A stretch of 51,633 bases of DNA. Origin: Thermoplasmatota archaeon (GTDB lineage Archaea > Thermoplasmatota > E2 > DHVEG-1). Below, in pieces: positions 38,423 to 47,400 of this stretch. How positions within the stretch are numbered: position 1 is the first letter of the stretch; every line of letters starts with the position of its first letter. The DNA lies in contig JAUWWG010000001.1 in the NCBI GenBank assembly GCA_030616985.1, forward strand, positions 1 to 51,633, in the 5' to 3' direction. The notes beneath the pieces were generated by a model. That model was not told the origin of the DNA and did not search any database. It saw only the letters and a program-made list of their open reading frames with translations. Both the position numbers and the translations under genes were made by a program.

Positions 38423-39793
38423 TTACCTTTGCTTTTTCCTTACTATTAGATAAATTGTGAACAATAAGACTATCGATACAATCGTACCTACAATTAACGC
38501 ATACCATACTGCATTATTTGCCTCTTCTTTGTCCGCTTGATCATCCTGACTATACTCAACGAGTGTTTCTGTCTCAAGATCGTAGACATAATTCCAGTTA
38601 TTGCCATTCCCATCATCAAAAACATCAAGTATCTTTCTAAAAGCATCAATAGTGTGCTGAGTAGTATCAATTCTTATACGATAGTCATCAATGTTATATC
38701 TTATTGCCCCATCAATCTTATCATCTGAACTGTCATACTGTAGAGCAATCAGATTATGAACGCCAAGTATTATCCCAACTTTGTATTTATTTTGATGCTC
38801 AGTATCATTTATTAGTCTAGCAACCTCATATGCATAGGTCAGTCCCTCTGTATATACGCCGTCCGAGGATGAATGAGGGGTTCCATACTCAGGATGCATA
38901 GGATCATAAAATCGACCTAAAGTAGAACAGTCGTTCGTATCCTGAATTTCCAGCAATTTATCATTTAAAACAATAATGGCATCAACATATTTTTTTTCAC
39001 CAGTTATCTTGTAAAGTTTGTTCAATGATTGAGTATGCCATGGAACATATGCTGGATAGTAATTATCTTCCAAATGAACAACATATCTGTCAATATAGAA
39101 ATCCTGTGATTTTACGGCAGCCGCAAGATAAATACTATCGTTTGTTTTGATATACATTTCAACCAAACTAAGTATTGCTTCTCCTGAGTAAAATGTCAGC
39201 AAATAATCCGTATCATATTCGTAATCGGGGGCTATATACCAGGGTTCAAAGGAACCGTCGGTATTCTGCAATGAAAAAATAGAATTCGCAAGTTTTGTAG
39301 CCTCTTCTTGATAATCATCAAAGAATGGACTATATATCAGTGTTCTTAGTGCCATGGCAATAGCCCCTAATTTCGATTTATTATCGTAGAAAATATAACC
39401 CGTTTCGTTATCCTCTTCATACCAATACTCAAAGATAAAATCCAAATTTTTCTGATGTAAAGTTTCCAAAGAAGAATTTGTTTGACATAACTCGGCCAAC
39501 AGTCGAGAGGCCATAAGCTGACGTATCATGTTATTTTTATCGGGATATTCCCCAGTTGATGGTTCGTAGATGTAATTAAAACATCCTTTTTCCCTGAGAT
39601 TAGATGTTAACCATTTTTCAGCCGGATTTAAGGAATTGTTTATCTTTTCATAAGATAAATCAACAATTTCAATACTAGAATAGCCCTCTTCTATGCACCC
39701 TGGAAGGAAAACTGATGAAAATATAAGAGAACCCATTACAGCAAGAATTGTCAGTTTACGGCAAATATGTATCGGACAAAATTTTTTGAACAT
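38423..39793 (-). CDS. Lipobox-bearing, C-terminally anchored (alpha/alpha)-toroid-like protein (456 aa)
   Basis: Signal with LPGC lipobox-like motif. LQNTDGSFEPW resembles the Q-x-x-DG-[GS]-[FW] repeat of prenyltransferase/terpene-cyclase-like alpha/alpha barrels. The C-terminus carries NWNYVYDLETETLVEYS, a TM helix and RKKQR. Confidence 0.6.
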   Translation of the reverse strand: MFKKFCPIHICRKLTILAVMGSLIFSSVFLPGCIEEGYSSIEIVDLSYEKINNSLNPAEKWLTSNLREKGCFNYIYEPSTGEYPDKNNMIRQLMASRLLAELCQTNSSLETLHQKNLDFIFEYWYEEDNETGYIFYDNKSKLGAIAMALRTLIYSPFFDDYQEEATKLANSIFSLQNTDGSFEPWYIAPDYEYDTDYLLTFYSGEAILSLVEMYIKTNDSIYLAAAVKSQDFYIDRYVVHLEDNYYPAYVPWHTQSLNKLYKITGEKKYVDAIIVLNDKLLEIQDTNDCSTLGRFYDPMHPEYGTPHSSSDGVYTEGLTYAYEVARLINDTEHQNKYKVGIILGVHNLIALQYDSSDDKIDGAIRYNIDDYRIRIDTTQHTIDAFRKILDVFDDGNGNNWNYVYDLETETLVEYSQDDQADKEEANNAVWYALIVGTIVSIVLLFTIYLIVRKKQR

Positions 39794-39960
39794 ACTTCTA
39801 AAAATCTTTTAACCTCCAAATATCTCTATCCTTCATTATTGTTATTTAACCTTGTTTTATAATTGTTTCTCAGGTCGGAGTTAATCCAGCAAAGCAATAT
39901 CTTAGAAAGACGGGTAGTAATTAGGAAAATAAGAAATAAAAAAAAGAAAAAAAAGAGGTT

Positions 39961-41391
39961 TTATTTTTTAGATTTTTTACTGGTAGTTTTCTTTTTTGGC
40001 TGTGATTTTTTCTCAGCTGCCTTCTTTTGTGCTTTCTTTTTATCATTGCTTCGTTTTACCAGATAGCCTAATATGATTAGGAAAAGTATTACGATTATTG
40101 CTAAAACAATAAGTGCGGTGTTATCTGGCTCTGGCGTTGGTTCACTGTACTCGGTAAGTGTGTCTGTTTCAATATCATAAATCCAATCCCATGAGTCGTC
40201 TCCATCATCATCGAGGAGATATGTTCCATCATCTTGTTTTTCAACGTCGGTTTCTTGGGCTGATGTATCATTATGGAAAGAATCATAGGTTCCATCCGCA
40301 TCGTCGTCAATGAGGTAGCCAATGTCATCCACAAGATGCACATCTATTAACACTGTGATTTGATTGGTGGAAGATACGGTCTCATTGTCAGAAGCTCTAA
40401 CTGTGAGAGTGTATTTACCAGCAGACATCCAGCTATGGATCTGCGTTGATGCTGTGCCGTTTGGTAGAAACTCAGTTTCTGTAACTTCACCATCACCCCA
40501 ATTAATTATATATTGAATGGTATCATTGTCTGGGTCAGTTGACTGGAAGATATAGGTATACTCGGTGTCTTTTGTTCCCTCAGATGTTCCATCTATTGTC
40601 GGTTCTGTGGGTGGGAGATTTGCTTTTGAAATTATAACATCAATGGTATCTGTATCCGTAGCACCTACGTTATCAGTAACTCTCAATGTCACTGAATAAG
40701 TGCCCTCTGCATCAAAAGTATGTGTAGCAGTGCTAGAAGTTGAGTTATAATCATAGATTCCATCGTTGTCCCAATCCCATTCATACAAGTCAATTGTGCC
40801 ATCACTATCAGTACTAAGAGAACCGTCAAAGTAGATTGACTCATCCACAAATCCAGATGTTTGACTTTCAGATGCGTCTGCTATTGGTGGTGCGTTTCCA
40901 CCACCAATGTATCCATCACCATCGCCGTCTCCGTCTCCATCGCCGTCTCCATCGCTGTCACCATCTCCATCGCCGTCTCCGTCTCCATCGCCGTCTCCAC
41001 TAGTTGTATCAACATGTAAATCTATCATGTCCACACTTTCTTCCACGGGAACATTATATGTCGGATTATCTGTTATTACACCTGAAATGGAAACTCCAAA
41101 TGTGCCTGTTTCACCTTCATGTCCTACAAAGGAAATAGAATACTTGCCTCCATTCTTTGTAGTATCCTCATGATCATTACTTGAAAATGATAACGTAACA
41201 GTTACTCCATCTTTGAGTTCGTCGTCAATGTACAACTCCCCAGCAACCGTATGAAACTCTTCTGCTTTTATTGTTGGAACAATTGCTACTGAGACTGATG
41301 CAAGCATTATACTCATTATTACTATCGATAATATTTTTCTTTTATTCATAAATCTCTTCCCCATTTTTTTGTATTGGTAAGTTGTTTTCAT
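39961..41391 (-). CDS. Anchored PKD-domain surface protein with a (GD)n linker (476 aa)
   Basis: Signal peptide. 29-residue GD/SD repeat. PKD blocks (YFDGSLSTDSDGTIDLYEWDWDNDG; NWGDGEVT...HSWMSAGKYTLTVRASD) are paralogous to the C-terminal third of the 1,074-aa protein. It has the same anchor cassette. Confidence 0.8.
   Translation of the reverse strand: MKTTYQYKKMGKRFMNKRKILSIVIMSIMLASVSVAIVPTIKAEEFHTVAGELYIDDELKDGVTVTLSFSSNDHEDTTKNGGKYSISFVGHEGETGTFGVSISGVITDNPTYNVPVEESVDMIDLHVDTTSGDGDGDGDGDGDGDSDGDGDGDGDGDGDGYIGGGNAPPIADASESQTSGFVDESIYFDGSLSTDSDGTIDLYEWDWDNDGIYDYNSTSSTATHTFDAEGTYSVTLRVTDNVGATDTDTIDVIISKANLPPTEPTIDGTSEGTKDTEYTYIFQSTDPDNDTIQYIINWGDGEVTETEFLPNGTASTQIHSWMSAGKYTLTVRASDNETVSSTNQITVLIDVHLVDDIGYLIDDDADGTYDSFHNDTSAQETDVEKQDDGTYLLDDDGDDSWDWIYDIETDTLTEYSEPTPEPDNTALIVLAIIVILFLIILGYLVKRSNDKKKAQKKAAEKKSQPKKKTTSKKSKK
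40912..40998 (-). repeat. In-frame short tandem repeat encoding (Gly-Asp)n
   Basis: 87 nt of GGNGAY-type units (plus strand ...ccatcgccgtctccgtctccatcgccgtctcc...) encode GDGDGDGDGDGDSDGDGDGDGDGDGDG. Confidence 0.9.
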
Positions 41392-41428
41392 AGTTTATAT
41401 ACCTGTCCATTTTTTCTAAATCATAGTT

Positions 41429-44400
41429 TTATCGTTTGGTATCTACAGTAATTTGTATTTCTTGTACAGCTAGTATCGCACCGTCACCTATAACCTTTAA
41501 GCATATGAAGTACGTACCATCTGGTGTTTCCTCAGGAACCGTTATGCTCACGTTGAATTCTAATGTTTCTCCTCCGCCGACGTCATAGTGTGCTTCGGGC
41601 TCCCATTCGAACCAGTCTTCATAACCCTCACTTACTTCAAGGGTTAACTCACTGACTGTTGCGGTAATATCTTCAATAAGTTCAACGATTGCATCTCCAA
41701 GGTCACCTGAACTGGCAAGTTCTTCAAATAAACCACCGGTTTCACTAGTTGCATACAACCAAGGACAATCATCATATCCACCTGAATCAATAACTACCAC
41801 TGAAATATCAGCGGCCTTTAAATCAGCTATAACATCAGCCCACGGTAAATCATCACTCGTTCCTGCAATAGCATCTCGTCCTGGGTCTACACCAGTATTG
41901 CCCGAACATCCAAATGTACTAAAGTCACAGTCATGAGGAATATTGTCCTCGAATATTACTACGATTTTTCTCGCTCCGAATCTCCAACCAACGAATTGGG
42001 ATTCATAAAGAGCCCTTGCATATGACTCAGGTCCATCAGCTCCGCCACCTAAAACGAGAGCGTTTATGGCTGTGCTAACTGCACTTGCGTCAGTTGTTAT
42101 ATCTTGATCTAGACTCCATGCATAATCGCCATATGAGGGATAACCATAGTCGCTTGAATATCCACAGTAATTGTAATATGCGGGATAATCCATGAAAGAT
42201 CCTACACCGAAGTAAGAGTTACTAATATTAGAACGTATATCGGTCATGATATCTATGGCGCTTGTCTTTGCGCTGCTTATCACACCACCCATACTTCCGG
42301 TTAGATCAAATAGGAACATGACATCAAGCTTACCTATTGGAATCTCATCAGTGATAATTGTCTTGTTATCCCAGACGGATTCTCCTGGAATCATGGTTGC
42401 TTCGAAAGATTCAGGGCTCACTGTTGCTCCACCACCTGCTGTACATTCAAGACATTGAATGGAAATGGATGCATCATCTGTTGCAGTGCATCCTGCCATA
42501 TCTGTTGCCTTAGCTGTAATGTTGTAGGTATGATCTAATGTCCATATGCCTTCTGAATCATATTCCCAGTATTCATCATAGTCGTGAGCACATAGGAGCC
42601 ATGTTTCTTCTGGAATCCAAGCACTACCATTCCAATATGCATCCGCAGTAATATCGTGTATTAGTACATGTACTTCATCTACTCCTGTTTCATAGTCGTA
42701 TGCATAGAAATTCATGTTACCTGGTCCTTCACATCTAACATCGCCATCCATCGGATCAAGTATTTCAACTTCAGGTCCACTAGTATCAGTGTAAAATCTT
42801 GCTTCGGTGTCGTTCATTTTCACCCAGTAGTCCTTACCACAGTACATATCTTCTAGATCAACGAAACCCATTTCCACTAGTTCCTTAATCCACGAATGCC
42901 ACGCGTCTTCTACCACATCATAATAGTATATCTTAGAGTACATACCATCTATAGAGGCTAGTACACTTTCTACAGAGTTATTACAGCTAATTCCACCAAA
43001 TGGAATTGTTAATTTGTTCCATCCGTTTTGCATCCATTGATCCCATACAGTACTACTGCAAATCTCAAATGTCACGGGTATTGCAAATTCAGAGTTCATA
43101 TCTCCATCCACTGCTAAAGCTTGCAGTGTTATTTCAGCTCCATTTTGATATTTAAAGATATCAATATCTGCATACCAATAACCATCAGTTGTATTGTATT
43201 CTGGATCATACCAGAGTGTTGGTGCATCACGTCTACCACCAGGTATCCATAGTTTAACTGTTAGTTCATCCCAAGATGATTCATGATCAAACGCAGTAAT
43301 ATTTACTTTTAACGTTCTTTCGCAATGAGTGGATCCAAACATCGGATCGTTAATCATTATAGTAGGTCCAGTATCACCAGGTGAACACACCCAGAATGTC
43401 TCATTATCTATTTCTCCACGGTTACCAAGGCAATCATATGCTCTTGCTTCTAGATAATGTACACACCCTCTTGTCAAAGTGATACATTCTGTATAGTCAG
43501 TCCATTCAGTCCAACTTCCAAGATACCAGATTCTATATTCAATGGTTACTCCTTCACACGGACAACATCCTTCGTCACCTATCTCAGTGAAACAAATCTC
43601 GGTATCAGGGAATATCATCCATTGATCATGACCTGACGAATCATTTTCAAGTTTTACTTTTGGATCGCCAACTATCTTTTCAGGTTTTGGCGGTGGTGTA
43701 TCATCTACATAGAATGTCTCATGATCCCAGAATGCATCATCCAATCCGTTTCCAAGACAGTCGTAAGCTCTAACAACTAATTCATGAACGCATTCTTCTG
43801 TGAAATTGAATGGCTCTTTGTATTCGATCCAGTCAGTCCAAACCCAAACTTCATAATCGTAAAATCCAATCATGTATTCAATAGTTACATTTGTACATGG
43901 ACAGCAACCCATTTCCAGTGCATCGAGTGTGATAAGTGTTTCAGTTGTTACACAGTAATCGTCTTCACCCATCTCGCCGCAGTCTGTACAGTTGGGATCA
44001 CCAACGGTTTTGATGATCTCAGGTGGTGTTTCATCAACGTAGAATGTTTCATTATCCCAGTACATTTCATCCATACCGTTACCAAGACAGTCATATGCTC
44101 TAACATATAATTGGTGCTCGCATTCCTCGGTGAAATTGAATGGCTCAATATACTCAATCCAGCTACCATCTCCAATCTTGTATTCAATAGTTACACCCTC
44201 ACTCGGACAGCAACCTTGCTCTACCGCTTCAAGTGTAATCAATGTATCAGTTGTAACACAGTAATCATCATCACCCATTTCACCGCATCCAGTGCAATTC
44301 AGATCACCAACAGTCTTGATGATCTCAGGTGGTGTATCATCAACGAAGAATGTTTCATTATCTATTTCTCCAAGGTTGCCGAGGCAATCATAGGCCCTTG

Positions 44401-47400
44401 CTTCAAGATAATGTACACATTCTCCACTTAGGGTAATGTTGCCAGTATAATTCATCCAACTTGTCCATGTTCCCAAGTACCAAATTCTATATTCAATTGT
44501 AAAATCTCCGCTTGGGCAACATCCTAGATCAACAGCATCAAGTGTAATGTTAGTATCTGTTGTTACACAGTATCGATCTGGAACAAGGACTTCAATAAAT
44601 GTTTTCTGAGCGTCCTCGCCTGCATCACAAAGAATGGCACACCATTCACCTATCGATGGCATGAAGCCTTCCCCAAAGTTCGTTGCATTTTCAACCATCG
44701 ATTTTCCAGCATCGTTTGATGGATCATTGCCCCCATCTACGAAATACCAAATTGCTTCTTGGATATCTGTCTTGGTTGCATCTGGATGTTTATGATTTAT
44801 GATATAGTTTACCATATCCCAGTCAGAATCTGGCCAAGGCATTAATGGATCATAAGAACACCATAGATCAACTGAATAATCAACTCCATTACTGATGAGC
44901 TGATTTTGATCTACACACCAACCAAGATAGTCGCCATTGGCAATATCATATCCAAATGGAACATTGCTGAGAGTGACATCAAAATAACTGTTAGCTCCCC
45001 AATGTTGAACAACCATAGTCACTGAGCTTGAAGGCAATTTCAAAGATTTACAGTTAAGAGTACAGTTTGGATCTCCAACAGTCTTTTCTATTATTGGAGC
45101 AGTGATATCAACATAGAATGTCTCATTATCCTCGAACTCGTTACCCAAAATATCTGTTGCACGAATAAGCAGGTAATGCATGCATTCTTCGGTGAGATAG
45201 AGAGGTTCATCTTCGAGTTCTTCAAGCAGCATCCATCCCGTCCAGTCTCCATTGTACCAGATATTGTATTCAACTGTATCAAGACCAACACCACCCATAC
45301 ATCCGCGATCTTCAGCGTAGAATGTAATTGGTGTGTCTGGTGTAATACAATATTCTTCTCCAGTTACAATAGTGCAATTTGGATCGCCGACGGTTTTAAA
45401 AATAGTTGGTGGGGTTAAATCAACATAGACAAGTTGTTTTCGACCAACGACTTTATTTTCTAGTTTATCAATTGCTTGATGATAGATGAAGTGCATACAT
45501 TCTTCATTAAGTTGAATGTCAATAATCATTTTTCCCTCAGTATCATCAAGGTCTCCGCTAACACTCACATTAGCATCTTCATATCCTGTGTCATTGTTAT
45601 CATAAATGATTCCTTCTGCAATGATTTGTGTTTTATTATTTTCAATTCTCCAAATAATACGGTCTACACCCGCTATACCACCAGTACATCCAGTATCATT
45701 GGCAAAAATTCTTTTTATACTTTGATTATTGATGTAGCGTGCTCCACCAGGTAAAAGATAAGAATCTATGTAGGTGAAATCATCGTTTGAAGGCGCATCA
45801 AAATCAACGAGAAAATCATATGGTGGTAAATAATTCCAGTTTCCCATTGTATCTACACAATGCGCATGGATTTGATGAAAGCAACTTTCCTCAATGTAGA
45901 ACTGGATGGATATTCTACCATCATTGAGGTCTGCATCTGTGGTAAAGGGGTTTCCGGTTTGTTGGTTATCATAGACAAAAACCCATGCTGGGTCATCCCA
46001 GCTTCCAAATACATCCGATTTGAATAATTTATATTTAATAAAGTCAGTTCCTGTTTCCGCATCTGATGAGTTAATCCATACCGGTGTTTGTGACCCAATT
46101 AAATCAAGCCATTCCAACCCTGTATTGTATACATCTTCCATAAGTGGTGTTCCAAGTTCAATGGTTTGCGTTGGTGGGTAGTCTTCACCGTTATCTTCAC
46201 AGACTGTTGTTTCTTCTACCTTTGTAGTTGGTGGGGTCTCATCGCTTTCAATAGTTGCATAGTTGGAAATTATTGTTTCAGATGGAGTTAAGGGATCAAC
46301 CTGGACAAGCAACCATAGACAATCTCCTTCCTCAGTAGAAATAGTTCCAATATCCCAGCTAACATTGTGGTTAACACTATCATAGCTCCCACCAGGTGAA
46401 GCATCAATAAATATCAATTCTGATGGAAGAGTATCCTCAATCATTACATTATTAACCGTGAACTCGTTCATATTATCAAAACAGATACTATAATTAATAT
46501 CATCGCCAGGACTTACACACTCACCTTCTCTTATTCCATCATCTTTATCAAGATTCAAAGGATTATATGAAACATCCGAAATAGGTATGCATAAACCTGC
46601 AGGATCACCAATATCACCTGTAATATCAAGCTGAGTAAATGGAGTAGTACTCGTATCCCAAGCGATTAACTGATCCCCATTATATCCATGAGTAGAATAT
46701 ACATAGCCTGTTATCTGATCAACAGCAAGACCCATAGCACCATTAGTCATCGTATGTGTTGTCTCAGTAGCACTGTTAAGATCATATTTACATAATACAT
46801 TATTACCTGCAAATCCAGCTCCAGTATAGAGAAAACCACGTACGTAATCAACTGCAATACCAATGGGATAATTACTCAAAGTAATCGCTCCCTGAAGACT
46901 CCACGTTGCCGTATCATAATATGTAACATTTAATTGATAATAATTAGAAACATAAAGAATATCTTTGGCTTCATCTAAAGCAATACCATACATATCACTA
47001 CCTGGAAGGTTAATAGGAAAACCTGCCTCCAATGTTAGCGTCTTAGCAACTGGATCCCAAACATAAGAATAAAGTTTATCTGTACCTCTGTCTACTATAT
47101 AGAGCAGTTCCTTCTCATGGTCATAAACAACACCTGCAAGGTTACTTGCTCCAGGTGCTACTACTGATCCTTCTCCAACCATAGTAGTACCATTAATAAG
47201 CGAAAGAGTACCACTACTTTCCTGTGTCAAAAAAAGATAACCAGAGTTCGAATCAATAGCCAGGCCAACAGAACCCCAACCAAAGGCAGTGTTATATGTA
47301 GCTTGATAAGTAAATGTCCCATCAACATTAATATTATATGCCTGAATGGGCGCAGCATTATCATTGGTGTTGGAACACACATAAAGTGACTTTGCACTAA

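Noticed and set aside
40907-41173. 88-aa plus-strand ORF rich in PSPSPS
   Set aside because: It is the antisense reading of the (GD)n repeat inside the well-supported 476-aa minus-strand gene, so it is a compositional artefact.
40912-45436. CRISPR-like periodic repeats
   Set aside because: The repeats seen are in-frame coding repeats, (GD)n and the ~300-nt protein modules. There is no unit-plus-unique-spacer architecture and there are no cas genes.
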